Shown here piece by piece: positions 40,213-50,563 of a stretch of DNA of 64,000 bases. The position numbers and the translations under genes are program-made. Below the pieces are notes generated by a model. That model did no database searches, was not told where the DNA came from, and saw only the letters and a list, made by a program, of their open reading frames with translations. Within the stretch, counting starts at the first letter, position 1. Each line of letters opens with the position of its first letter. The DNA is from a virus. Lineage: Duplodnaviria > Caudoviricetes. Where the stretch lies: IMG/VR virus record IMGVR_UViG_3300017774_004101, positions 33,362 to 97,361 of that record; one strand, written 5' to 3'.

Positions 40213-41669
40213 TGAAATTAGGAGTTTGCGTACCATATCGAAATAGAGAAGCCCACTTAAAAGAGTTTATTCCGGCAATTGGAAAGTATCTTGATGAGCA
40301 AGGTATCGAATATTGTATCTATTTTGGACATCAAGTAGATGATAAATTATTTAATAGAGGTGCAATGAAAAATGTTGCAGCTAAACACGCATTTGAAGAT
40401 GGGTGTGATTATATTGTTTGGCACGATATTGATATGATACCTGAAGAGGGATGTGATTATTCATTTCCAGACAAACATCCGATACACATTGCAACAAATA
40501 TATCTCAAATGGATTATAAACTAAAATACGAAGAATATTTTGGTGGAGCAGTATTATTTTCCAAAGAACAAGTTGAAAAAACCAATGGTTATTCAAATGA
40601 CTATTGGGATTGGGGTATGGAAGATGACGACCTTTTTTGGAGATGTGTATTAGAAGGGTATGGGAATGATTCATATATGAATTACACAAGTGAACCACAA
40701 AATTATTTACATTTTGATGGTAAAGCTTCACATATTAAAATTGAAAAACATAATACACTTCGTAATTTAACATCTCGTTCACACACAATTTCAGTTTTAG
40801 TTAGGGCAAATCAACAAGAAGAAAAAGTTCCGATATGGTTAATTGGCGATAACGATAGAAGATTTTGTGAATATCCAATTATTAGAAGACCCGGATTTGA
40901 TTATGGTATATCATATAATAATAGTAGAGCATTTACTACTCAATTGTGGGATTCTGAACAAAATCATTTATATCAATGGATTAAACGTTACGAAAATCAA
41001 TGGAGTTGGGTAACCCTATCAGTTGATTCGGCAAATCAAAATATTCATTTTTATCTGAATGGAAAAGAATCAGATGCAAGACATGGAACTGGTACAAATT
41101 CTCCACTTCACTATGAGAATCGCTTAAAGAGTTATGGTTTAGATGATTATTATATTGGAACAACCGCATCAGTTGGTAAAAATGAACCCAACAAATGGTT
41201 TAAAGGTGATATAGCAAAGGTTATGATGTGGAATCGTAAATTAGAAAAAGAAGAAATTGAAAATTTACAAAATCAGTTACCTTCTTCTGGTTTGGTTTTA
41301 CATTATGATTTTAATATTGATGTCGATTCACGTGTTGCAACTGATTTATCTAATAATGGAATAAATGGTGAAATTAAACGTTGTGAATTAAAATCAGAAA
41401 AGATTAAAATTCCATATACAATCATTCCACATAGAAGACCGGGTAAATTAAGGTGCTTACCACATCAAGATGAAGGATTAATTAAAGTTGGTGGCGTAGA
41501 TAAATGGGCAAAGGGAGAAACAACAGCTAGAAATGAAAGAAGATACGTTTTACAAATGCAACAAGGTACTTGGGATTATAAATCAGATGGTATCGCTCAA
41601 TTAAAATATGAGTTAATAACAATTGATGAAATAACGCCAAAAGCAAAGTTGATAAATGTAAAATTGTAA
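40212..41669 (+). CDS. GT7 paralog with inserted LamG-like domain
   Basis: VCVPYRNR, FNRG, HDID, YFGGA, NGYSNDYWDWGMEDDDL; insert with FYLNG, YYIG, FKGDIAKVMMWNRKL. Confidence 0.85.
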   Translation: MKLGVCVPYRNREAHLKEFIPAIGKYLDEQGIEYCIYFGHQVDDKLFNRGAMKNVAAKHAFEDGCDYIVWHDIDMIPEEGCDYSFPDKHPIHIATNISQMDYKLKYEEYFGGAVLFSKEQVEKTNGYSNDYWDWGMEDDDLFWRCVLEGYGNDSYMNYTSEPQNYLHFDGKASHIKIEKHNTLRNLTSRSHTISVLVRANQQEEKVPIWLIGDNDRRFCEYPIIRRPGFDYGISYNNSRAFTTQLWDSEQNHLYQWIKRYENQWSWVTLSVDSANQNIHFYLNGKESDARHGTGTNSPLHYENRLKSYGLDDYYIGTTASVGKNEPNKWFKGDIAKVMMWNRKLEKEEIENLQNQLPSSGLVLHYDFNIDVDSRVATDLSNNGINGEIKRCELKSEKIKIPYTIIPHRRPGKLRCLPHQDEGLIKVGGVDKWAKGETTARNERRYVLQMQQGTWDYKSDGIAQLKYELITIDEITPKAKLINVKL

Positions 41670-41695
41670 TATATATAGATATACAAAAAGAAGTT

Positions 41696-43144
41696 ATGGC
41701 AGAAGAAATACAAAACAATAAAAACACCGAACTCAAAAAAACATTAACGGGTGAAAATCCATTTTATGTTGGTGTACGTGATTCATTAAATGAAAAAGGT
41801 AATGGTATGTGTTTAGCAAAATGGACACAAACCACCATGCACTTACAATTAGGACATACTCACTCATGCCACCACCCTCGTACTCATCCAATTCCTACCA
41901 AAGAGATTGCACGTAACCCTTCGGCGTTACACAATACTCAATATAAGAAAAGAAGGAGAAAGGAAATGTTAGAAGGTAAACGACCCGAAGAATGTGATTA
42001 TTGTTGGGCGGTTGAGGATAATTCAGACAGGTTTTCAGATAGAACATTTAAATCTGCAGAGAGTTGGTCATATCCATTTATGGAAGAGATTAAAAATTCA
42101 GATTGGAGAGATGACTATAACCCAAAATATGTAGAAGTTGCATTCTCAAATGCATGTAATTTCAAATGCTCATATTGTGCACCGGCATTTTCATCAAAAT
42201 GGATGGAAGAAATTGAAGAACATGGTGCATACCCAACAACTGATAAATTTAATTCACTAGATTATAATATTAGTGAAAATAAAATGCCGATAAAACATAG
42301 TGAATTAAATCCTTATGTTGATGCGTTTTGGAAATGGTGGCCGGATTTATATAAAGACCTACATACATTTAGAATCACCGGTGGAGAACCATTAATGTCA
42401 AAAGATACATGGGATGTATTAGATTACATAATAGACCATTTAGACCCAAATAGAAATTTACAACTTGCTATTAATTCAAACTTAGGTGTACCTGATAAAT
42501 TAATAGATAAATTTATTGATAAGGTAAATAAAATATGTGATGAAAATAGAGTAAGAGAATTTATTATTTTTACATCATGTGATAGTTGGGGTGACCAAGC
42601 AGAATATATTAGAAACGGATTAGAATTTAATCGTTTTTGGGATAATGTTAATAAAATATTAACCCGTTGTCCACGAGTAAATTTAACATTTATGGCCACT
42701 TATAATGCGTTATCAGTTCCAAGTTATGGTAAATTAATTGAAGGTATATATGATTTAAAAAAGAACTATGGTTCGGCAGATAGATATTGGCAATCAGCTG
42801 TGTTTTTAGATACCTCATATTTGAGATACCCAACACATCAGACAGTTCAAGTACTACCATATGATTTTTCTCATTTAGTATATGAACAAGCTCAACTTGC
42901 AGATTTCTTAGCAGTACCATTATTTGAAAACAAATATATAGGATACTCTGATATTGAAATTCAAAAAATAAAAAGAACATACGATTGGATGATATCTCCA
43001 TTAGATGAGAAAAAATTATTTGAACAAAGATATAATTTTGGTAAATATTTTGAAGAACATGATAAACGAAGAGGAACTGATTTCAAAAAAACTTTTCCTG
43101 AGTTTGCTGAATTTTATGAATTTACAAAAACAATTAAATTATGA
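41696..43144 (+). CDS. Radical SAM protein with N-terminal twitch/SPASM-like Cys cluster
   Basis: CNFKCSYC and TGGEP; CLAKW...SCHH...CDYCW. Confidence 0.88.
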   Translation: MAEEIQNNKNTELKKTLTGENPFYVGVRDSLNEKGNGMCLAKWTQTTMHLQLGHTHSCHHPRTHPIPTKEIARNPSALHNTQYKKRRRKEMLEGKRPEECDYCWAVEDNSDRFSDRTFKSAESWSYPFMEEIKNSDWRDDYNPKYVEVAFSNACNFKCSYCAPAFSSKWMEEIEEHGAYPTTDKFNSLDYNISENKMPIKHSELNPYVDAFWKWWPDLYKDLHTFRITGGEPLMSKDTWDVLDYIIDHLDPNRNLQLAINSNLGVPDKLIDKFIDKVNKICDENRVREFIIFTSCDSWGDQAEYIRNGLEFNRFWDNVNKILTRCPRVNLTFMATYNALSVPSYGKLIEGIYDLKKNYGSADRYWQSAVFLDTSYLRYPTHQTVQVLPYDFSHLVYEQAQLADFLAVPLFENKYIGYSDIEIQKIKRTYDWMISPLDEKKLFEQRYNFGKYFEEHDKRRGTDFKKTFPEFAEFYEFTKTIKL

Positions 43145-43896
43145 TTTTTAACGGAGCCGAAGCGTGGTTTGTACCACCAACAAGTAGATATGGGTTAAGT
43201 AGGGTTTCTTCAAAAGAATTGACTAATAAAGATTTTACATTTTTAGCAACAGTTAAAATTAATTGGGATGCTATGGATGCGAATGATATTACTCATGAAG
43301 CTGGAATACTTATAAAAAATGGTAAACACTTAGGGATATCAGCGTGTAAAACAGGTGATAATTATAGAGTGTTGAAAGCACAAATTTGGACATATCTAGA
43401 AAAGAAAATTGAAAAAAGTGAAAAATCTTTTTTTGTACCAAAACCAGAAGAAATTTTCATAACACTTAATCAATTCGATAATGATATAAGTGAAGAGTAT
43501 TTAAACATAGCATTTGCATTTGATAGTAAAAATAAAAAAATTATATTAAGCGTTAAGCCAATATCTTCGGATGTTATAGAAAAAGAATCTTCATTTCAAA
43601 ATGAATTAATTGATTATACAAATTCTTGGTTATGGGTTGGGTGTTCAAACCCGTTGGATAGTTGTCCTGAAGACCATAGACAATATTTTAATGGTGAAAT
43701 AAACTATGTTGGTATTTTTGAAAAGTTTTTATTAATAGACGAAATTACTGATATATTTAAGAATAATTGGTCTAAAGAAAATGAACCAATTTGTGTATAC
43801 GATTTTGAAAGAACTACCCCATATAAAGTTTTAGATATTACATTAAATGGTAATAATTTAATTAAATATGATAGAACATGGATGGACAGTATATAA
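43141..43896 (+). CDS. Stand-alone LamG/concanavalin-like protein
   Basis: DFTF, LWVG, YFNGEINYVGIF, YDF...DITLNGN resemble the GT7 inserts. Confidence 0.6.
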   Translation: MIFNGAEAWFVPPTSRYGLSRVSSKELTNKDFTFLATVKINWDAMDANDITHEAGILIKNGKHLGISACKTGDNYRVLKAQIWTYLEKKIEKSEKSFFVPKPEEIFITLNQFDNDISEEYLNIAFAFDSKNKKIILSVKPISSDVIEKESSFQNELIDYTNSWLWVGCSNPLDSCPEDHRQYFNGEINYVGIFEKFLLIDEITDIFKNNWSKENEPICVYDFERTTPYKVLDITLNGNNLIKYDRTWMDSI

Positions 43897-45305
43897 AAAA
43901 TAAAAATATAAATTTTGTATATGAGTTTAAAACTCCAAATGGATTTTTACCATTGGGATATAATAAATATTCGTTTCCAATTAATGCATTTGATAGTATA
44001 GAAACTATTAGAGATGAAGATTATATAATTATTGTTAATTCATCTAATGACCCTGCGGTTTATCATAAAAGGAATAGTAGTTATCCAATTAAATTATATG
44101 AAAGAGGTAGAAATTTAAATCATATATTAGTTAATGATTTGAATGAAGAAACAATAAATAATGATGACATTTATCTTTTATGTTTCGAATCATTTTCAAC
44201 TCAGGTTTTATTTGAATATTATAGTAACGAAACTAATAAAATTGAAAATATGATATCTTCAAAATTATTAAATTTAGTTAAACAGTATTCAAATTTTAAA
44301 ATAATGTTTGTTGATATATGGGAAGGTTCATATGAGCATAATATTGAGTTTTTTAAAAAACTAAACGAGTTTTTAGATAGAAACAATATATCAGATACAA
44401 ATAAAATTATAATAAGCACAGTTAATGGATTAATTGAAAAGGTTGATAATAATATATTAAACCCATCTGGTATTCAAAGAATCAATACATTTTGTAACGA
44501 TAGTTATATAAACGAATCAGGTAAATTTATTTCAGAATTAAGGGCAACTAAAAATAAAGAAATTGTATCAAAAGAATATATCTATTCATTACAATCAGAA
44601 TTAAAATTAAAAGAAAAACCTAAGAAGTTTTTGATGTATAATAGAAATACGTCAAGATTACATCGCCCCTGGTTTGTAAAATTATTATTTGAAAATAATT
44701 TATTAGATAATGGCTATGTTTCTTTAATTAAAAATGAAGAATTTGAAGAACATATTAAAAAATCTGACGAATTGGTTTCAGAGTTAGATTTAACCAAATC
44801 GGATTTTAATGATTTAAAAAAATCATATAAAGAATACTACCCATTGACAATAGATGAAGAAGATGGTGATACAATTGCTTGGTTTCATAATTATTTGAGT
44901 AGAAAGAAAGAATACGAAGAAACATTTTTTTCAATTGTAGGTGAAACTAACGCAGAAAAAAATTATTTGTTTATAACCGAAAAAACTACAAAACCAATTA
45001 TGAATTTACATCCGTTTTTTATTGTAGGTTCACCATATAGTTTAAAATATTTACAAGATATGGGATTTAAAACTTTTTCTGAATTTTGGGATGAAAGTTA
45101 TGATACCGAAACTAATTTTAAACTAAGATGTAATATGATTATAAACGAAGTTAAAAAACTTTGTAACAAATCACAAGAAGAATTAATTGAAATGATTAAA
45201 AATATGGAAGATATATTAATTTTTAACAAAAAATTATTACATTCTTTTTATAATAATAATAGAAATGAAAATATGTTTAGAAACAATTTAATAGATTTAA
45301 TATGA
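43878..45305 (+). CDS. Putative glycosyltransferase (GT10-like TEK family)
   Basis: KFLMYNR..RLHR; SIVGET...FITEKTTKPIMNLHPF..G...GFKTFSEFWDESYD. Confidence 0.55.
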   Translation: MDGQYIKNKNINFVYEFKTPNGFLPLGYNKYSFPINAFDSIETIRDEDYIIIVNSSNDPAVYHKRNSSYPIKLYERGRNLNHILVNDLNEETINNDDIYLLCFESFSTQVLFEYYSNETNKIENMISSKLLNLVKQYSNFKIMFVDIWEGSYEHNIEFFKKLNEFLDRNNISDTNKIIISTVNGLIEKVDNNILNPSGIQRINTFCNDSYINESGKFISELRATKNKEIVSKEYIYSLQSELKLKEKPKKFLMYNRNTSRLHRPWFVKLLFENNLLDNGYVSLIKNEEFEEHIKKSDELVSELDLTKSDFNDLKKSYKEYYPLTIDEEDGDTIAWFHNYLSRKKEYEETFFSIVGETNAEKNYLFITEKTTKPIMNLHPFFIVGSPYSLKYLQDMGFKTFSEFWDESYDTETNFKLRCNMIINEVKKLCNKSQEELIEMIKNMEDILIFNKKLLHSFYNNNRNENMFRNNLIDLI

Positions 45306-46273
45306 ATGTTTTAATTACAGGCGGTGCGGGATATTTAGGTTCGGTATTGATTGAGAGATTATTTAATAATGGTGGTATTACCAAACTTACAGTTTATGAT
45401 AATTTGATGTACAATCAAACATCATTAATACATTATAGTTGGAGAAAGAATTTTGAATTTGTTTATGGTGATGTTAGAGACCAAGATAAACTTTCAAAAT
45501 ATGTAGATGAGGCAGATGTTATTATTCCTCTAGCAGCAATTGTAGGATTTCCCGCGTGTGATAGAGATAAAGACCTTGCTACTGCAGTAAATTATACTCA
45601 TGTAAAATTTATATGTGATAGAATAAAGAATACTAATAAAAAGATTATATACCCCAACACAAATAGTGGGTATGGGATGGGAGAGAATGGTGAGTGTACT
45701 GAAGAGAGTCCACTAAACCCCATTTCTCATTATGGTGTAACCAAAGTTAATGCTGAAAAAGAAGTATTAAACTATGGTGGTATTTCGATTAGACTTGCCA
45801 CCGTCTTTGGGTCATCACCTCGTATGAGAATGGACTTACTTGTTAACGAATTTGTTTACAAAGCATTAACTGATAAGTACATCACCATTTTTGAGAAAAA
45901 TTTTGTAAGAAACTACATACACATCAGAGATGTTGCAAATACATTTGTGTATATGATAGAAAATTATGAAAAATTAAAAGGAGATGTATTTAATGTGGGT
46001 CTTTCAAATGCTAATTTATCAAAACAACAATTAGTAGAAAAAATAAAAGAATATGTGCCTGATTTTGCAATCACATATTCAGATTATTATGAAGACCCAG
46101 ATAAACGAGATTATATTGTTTCTAATGCTAAATTAGAATCGCTTGGATGGACTCCACAATATAGTTTAGATGATGGAATAGTAGAATTAATAAAAACATA
46201 TAAAATTTTAATCCAGGACTTATCTTCAAAGTATAGAAATGGATTCCCTTTAAGTTATGGCACAAGGACGTAG
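45302..46273 (+). CDS. NAD-dependent NDP-sugar epimerase/dehydratase (extended SDR)
   Basis: TGGAGYLGS and YGVTK. Confidence 0.9.
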   Translation: MNVLITGGAGYLGSVLIERLFNNGGITKLTVYDNLMYNQTSLIHYSWRKNFEFVYGDVRDQDKLSKYVDEADVIIPLAAIVGFPACDRDKDLATAVNYTHVKFICDRIKNTNKKIIYPNTNSGYGMGENGECTEESPLNPISHYGVTKVNAEKEVLNYGGISIRLATVFGSSPRMRMDLLVNEFVYKALTDKYITIFEKNFVRNYIHIRDVANTFVYMIENYEKLKGDVFNVGLSNANLSKQQLVEKIKEYVPDFAITYSDYYEDPDKRDYIVSNAKLESLGWTPQYSLDDGIVELIKTYKILIQDLSSKYRNGFPLSYGTRT

Positions 46274-46841
46274 TATATTTTACAAAGAAAGAGGGTGGAA
46301 TGATTTTCACTATTATAATGGATTGATATTACCAGAGGTAAAAATCGTACAACCATCCACGTATTACGAATATAGGGGTTCAATCTCTACAACTTATCAC
46401 TCAGAGTATTATGACCGTTTGTTGCCCGCCGCTGAACGCAACAATGGGTTAGAATTTAAGCATGATAGGTTCTCAAAATCAAAGGTAGGTGTATTGAGAG
46501 GAATGCACTATGATGAAAAGACTTGGAAATTAGTAAGTTGTCTGCATGGTCGTATATATTTGGTTGTAATGGATGTCCGACCAAACTCACCAACTTATGG
46601 TAAGTGGGAATCTTTTATAATTTCTCCAGAAACAGGTACACAGGTCTTAATTCCACCAATGTTTGCAAATGGTCATTATGTGATGGAGGATGATTCTATC
46701 TTTTTTTATAAAATGGCGTATGAAGGTGAATACAACGATGAAAACAAACAAAAAACAATAGTATATAACGATAAACGATTTAATGTTGAATGGCCTGTAG
46801 CACAACCAATACTTTCAAATAGAGATAAAAATGGAAATTAA
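46257..46841 (+). CDS. rmlC: dTDP-4-dehydrorhamnose 3,5-epimerase-like cupin
   Basis: SKVGVLRGMHY, KLVSC, DVRPNSPTYGKW, IPPMFANGH, PILSNRD. Confidence 0.85.
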   Translation: MAQGRSIFYKERGWNDFHYYNGLILPEVKIVQPSTYYEYRGSISTTYHSEYYDRLLPAAERNNGLEFKHDRFSKSKVGVLRGMHYDEKTWKLVSCLHGRIYLVVMDVRPNSPTYGKWESFIISPETGTQVLIPPMFANGHYVMEDDSIFFYKMAYEGEYNDENKQKTIVYNDKRFNVEWPVAQPILSNRDKNGN

Positions 46842-47469
46842 AAATTTAGATTATCACGAAGACCGCTGGCCCGATGGTAATCTTACAAAAGAAGAACTCA
46901 TTGGATTTGAAGACGAAGTGATTCAGCATTGGGAATCAGGAGAAATTACCGGCCCAATACACTTATCAAATGGAAATGAGGATGAGTTAATAGAAATATT
47001 TAAAAAAGTAGGTATAGATGATTGGGTATTTTCCACTTGGAGGTCTCATTATCACGCCCTTTTACATGGAATTGATAAATCCTGGTTAAAAGATGAAATT
47101 TTAGATGGTAGAAGTATAACTATTGTCAATAAAAAATGTAATTTCTACTCATCTGCAATCGTAACGGGTATACTACCTATTGCATTGGGTGTTGCTAAAG
47201 CAATTAAACTAAAAGGTGAAGATAAAAAAGTATGGTGTTTTATTGGTGATATGACTTTTGAGACTGGAATTTTTTATGAAGTACATAAATACGCTAGAAA
47301 TCATAATTTACCACTTTATTTTATAGTTGAAGACAATGAAGTATCTACAAATACACCGACTTCACATACGTGGGGAGAAATTCAGCGAGAAATACCAGAA
47401 GATGTTATCTATTATAAATATAAATCAAAATATCCGCATTACGGAACAGGAAAATGGGTAGTCTTTTAA
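46831..47469 (+). CDS. ThDP-dependent enzyme, E1-alpha-like subunit (short)
   Basis: HLSNGNE, STWRSHYHAL, GILPIALG, FIGD...IVEDN ThDP motif. Confidence 0.85.
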   Translation: MEIKNLDYHEDRWPDGNLTKEELIGFEDEVIQHWESGEITGPIHLSNGNEDELIEIFKKVGIDDWVFSTWRSHYHALLHGIDKSWLKDEILDGRSITIVNKKCNFYSSAIVTGILPIALGVAKAIKLKGEDKKVWCFIGDMTFETGIFYEVHKYARNHNLPLYFIVEDNEVSTNTPTSHTWGEIQREIPEDVIYYKYKSKYPHYGTGKWVVF

Positions 47470-48611
47470 ACTTTGTATTCTTAAAGGATACACGCGAATA
47501 TAATGGAGATAGAACCTATGCGATGGAAGGGCCTATTTTCTGGTATATTTATAATAAAAATTATTCACATACTATAAACTCCGAAATAAAACCAGGTTAT
47601 AGAAATATATTATTAATAGAAGGTATTGAGAAATTTCAAAGTCTATTAAATATACCAAATAGTGTGTATGATTTTATAAAAACAAATGATATAAAGTTAT
47701 TATTTACATCTATACCAGACCCTTGTAATATACATAGTTTTATTACCGGATTTAGATATATAAAAACAAAATTGCCTCGTATGAAATATTATTTAGTTGA
47801 TAGTAATAGACGATTAGAAGGTATATTATCATTTGATTTTTTCTTAGAAGAATCTATGTGGAATAGACATCAATATTTTAGAAATGAAAACAACGATTTG
47901 GGATATATAAGTGAAGAAATTCAACTAAATGAATTAGATGGGTATAGAAATAAAAAATTTATTTGTTTTAATAGGTCAGTAGACAAAGAACATAGAGTTT
48001 CTTTATTAAATGAGTATCTTAGCGGAAATTACTCAGACTCGTATTTTACATTTTTATTAAAAACCAATGGTTACGCTAGAATTTACGGCACAAAACCAAA
48101 TAATAACCAAAAACAACAAGTAAATGTTGATTTCCTTAATAGTAATCTTCCAATTGAATTAGATACCCAAAATATATTAGATAAAGGAAATTTTAGAGTA
48201 AATGATACGTTTAAAAAAGAATTATTTTTAAATTCATGTATAAATTTAGTAACTGAATCATCATTTGAACAAAATGAATTATTTGTTTCTGAAAAAATAC
48301 TAAAACCAATATTAAATTATCAACCATTTATAGTTTTTGCAGGATATGGTTATTTAAAACATTTAAAAACGTATGGTTTTAAAACTTTCTCTGATTTTTG
48401 GGATGAAAGTTATGATGATATTGAAAATCCAGAAGAACGTTTTTTTGCTTTATTAAAATTAGTTAGAAAATTGAATGAAAAGAGTATTGAAGAGTTAAAT
48501 GAATTGTACAAAAATTTAAAACATATATGTATATATAATAAAGAAATTTGGAATAAATTAGAAATCAATAGTTTAGATAATATATTAAAAAACATAGAAA
48601 ATGAATGGTAA
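47454..48611 (+). CDS. Putative glycosyltransferase (GT10-like SEK family)
   Basis: KFICFNR...HR; NLVTES...FVSEKILKPI...PF...GFKTFSDFWDESYD. Confidence 0.55.
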   Translation: MGSLLNFVFLKDTREYNGDRTYAMEGPIFWYIYNKNYSHTINSEIKPGYRNILLIEGIEKFQSLLNIPNSVYDFIKTNDIKLLFTSIPDPCNIHSFITGFRYIKTKLPRMKYYLVDSNRRLEGILSFDFFLEESMWNRHQYFRNENNDLGYISEEIQLNELDGYRNKKFICFNRSVDKEHRVSLLNEYLSGNYSDSYFTFLLKTNGYARIYGTKPNNNQKQQVNVDFLNSNLPIELDTQNILDKGNFRVNDTFKKELFLNSCINLVTESSFEQNELFVSEKILKPILNYQPFIVFAGYGYLKHLKTYGFKTFSDFWDESYDDIENPEERFFALLKLVRKLNEKSIEELNELYKNLKHICIYNKEIWNKLEINSLDNILKNIENEW

Positions 48612-49566
48612 AAAGGTTTTGATAACAGGTGCCAACGGCTTAGTTGGTAATTACATGGTTGATAAATGTATCCAAAGAGGAGCATTTGTAACCGCAGTGG
48701 ATATTAACACTCCAGAAAATCAATTAGAAAAATACAATGTGGATAACTATCAGTTTATTAAAGCTGATTTACGTGAATTCAAAAATTGTAAAAGAGTAGT
48801 TGAAGGACAGGATATAATTTTCCATATTGCAGGAGTAAAGGGTTCTCCAAAAAGAGCAGCCGAACAACCCGCGGATTATTTTGTACCAATGTTGCAGTTT
48901 AATACCAATATGATGGAAGCTGCACGTTTAGAAAATGTAGAATGGTATGTTTACACATCGACAGTTGGAGTATATCAACCGGCGGAAGTATTTTATGAAG
49001 ATGATGTTTGGAAAACGTTCCCATCAGAAAAAGATAAATATGCAGGATGGGCTAAGAGACTTGGAGAACTTCAAGCAGAAGTATATTCAGTATCATACGA
49101 TTGGAATAAAGTATCAATTGTAAGACCAGCAAATATTTATGGTAGACACGATAATTTTAGTCCAGAATCTACTGTCATTGCATCCCTAATCAAAAGATTA
49201 TTCGGTGAAAAAGAACATCCATTAGTGTGTTGGGGAGATGGTTCTCCAATTAGAGATTTTATCTATGCAGGAGATGTTGCTGATGGGATTATTCAGGCAT
49301 ACGAACAAAAACTAACACAACCAATAAATTTAGGTAGTGGAACGGGCGTAACAATTAAAGAACTTGCAGAAACTCTTGTAGAAATATACGAAGAGATGTA
49401 TGGTGAAAAAGTTGAAATAAACTGGGACCCAACAAAACCAAATGGTGATGAGAAAAGATTGATGAGCACTGAAAGAGCAGAATCATTTGGAATTAAACAA
49501 AAAATATCCTTAAAGACAGGATTAAGACATACAATTGATTATTATTTAAACGAATACAAAAAATAG
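48601..49566 (+). CDS. NDP-sugar epimerase/reductase (GDP-fucose synthase-like SDR)
   Basis: TGANGLVG, RPANIYG, WGDGSPIRDF, NLGSG, KPNG. Confidence 0.85.
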   Translation: MNGKKVLITGANGLVGNYMVDKCIQRGAFVTAVDINTPENQLEKYNVDNYQFIKADLREFKNCKRVVEGQDIIFHIAGVKGSPKRAAEQPADYFVPMLQFNTNMMEAARLENVEWYVYTSTVGVYQPAEVFYEDDVWKTFPSEKDKYAGWAKRLGELQAEVYSVSYDWNKVSIVRPANIYGRHDNFSPESTVIASLIKRLFGEKEHPLVCWGDGSPIRDFIYAGDVADGIIQAYEQKLTQPINLGSGTGVTIKELAETLVEIYEEMYGEKVEINWDPTKPNGDEKRLMSTERAESFGIKQKISLKTGLRHTIDYYLNEYKK

Positions 49567-49570
49567 AAAT

Positions 49571-50563
49571 ATGAAAAAAACAGACAAAATTTTAGTAACT
49601 GGAGCAAGTGGATTTATTGGTTCTAGATTATTAAAAAGTTTATACGAAGCAGGTTATACAAATTTGAGAGCAACTGCAAATTCTAGAGAATTAAGAAATG
49701 ATTTTGAAGGTTCTAATAATATAGAATTTGTAAAAGGAGATTTACGCAAAAGTAGTGTATGTAAAAACCTTACAAACGGGGTTGATGTTATATTCCATTG
49801 TGCAGCAAATACATCTAATGCATTAGATACTAAATTCAATCCACTATTACACGTTACTCCAAACATTGAAATGAATGTTAATCTAATGGAACAATCGTGG
49901 ATTAATTCAGTAAAGAAATTTATCTTTATATCATCAAACACAACATATCCAGATATGGGAGATATTCCTTGTACTGAAGATATGGAAATCCAAACTCCAT
50001 CAATTGTACCGGTATATAAAGCAGTTGGTTGGATGAAACGTTATTGTGAAACACTTTGTGATTTCTTTTCGAATCAAATTCACAACCCAATGCAATGTAT
50101 TATTATCAGACCTTCAAATGCTTTTGGACCAAACGATAAATTTGATTATGAAAAATGTCACGTTACCCCAGCAAATATTAGAAAGGTTGCAGATAACCTA
50201 AACCCGATACCAGTATGGGGTGATGGAACTGAAGTTAGAGATGTTATCCACGTAGATGATATGGTTAGTGGATTTATATGTGTGGCAGAAAACGTTCACA
50301 CTCATGATATCTATAATGTATCATATGGTGAAGGGTATACTGTAAACGAAGTTTTAGATACAATTAAGGATATTGAAGGTAACACCAATCCAATTGAGTA
50401 TGTAAATAATAAAGCACCAATGATACCCGTTAGATTACTTGATAATACTAAATTAAAAGCATTAGGTTGGAAACCAAAGTATGATTTACAAAGTGGATTA
50501 ACTGATGCTCTTAAATGGTATAAAGAAAATAAAAATCAATTCAATCCAAATTCACAACCATAA
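49571..50563 (+). CDS. NDP-sugar epimerase/reductase (GDP-fucose synthase-like SDR)
   Basis: TGASGFIGS, RPSNAFGPND, HV.PA.IRK, WGDGTEVRD. Confidence 0.85.
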   Translation: MKKTDKILVTGASGFIGSRLLKSLYEAGYTNLRATANSRELRNDFEGSNNIEFVKGDLRKSSVCKNLTNGVDVIFHCAANTSNALDTKFNPLLHVTPNIEMNVNLMEQSWINSVKKFIFISSNTTYPDMGDIPCTEDMEIQTPSIVPVYKAVGWMKRYCETLCDFFSNQIHNPMQCIIIRPSNAFGPNDKFDYEKCHVTPANIRKVADNLNPIPVWGDGTEVRDVIHVDDMVSGFICVAENVHTHDIYNVSYGEGYTVNEVLDTIKDIEGNTNPIEYVNNKAPMIPVRLLDNTKLKALGWKPKYDLQSGLTDALKWYKENKNQFNPNSQP

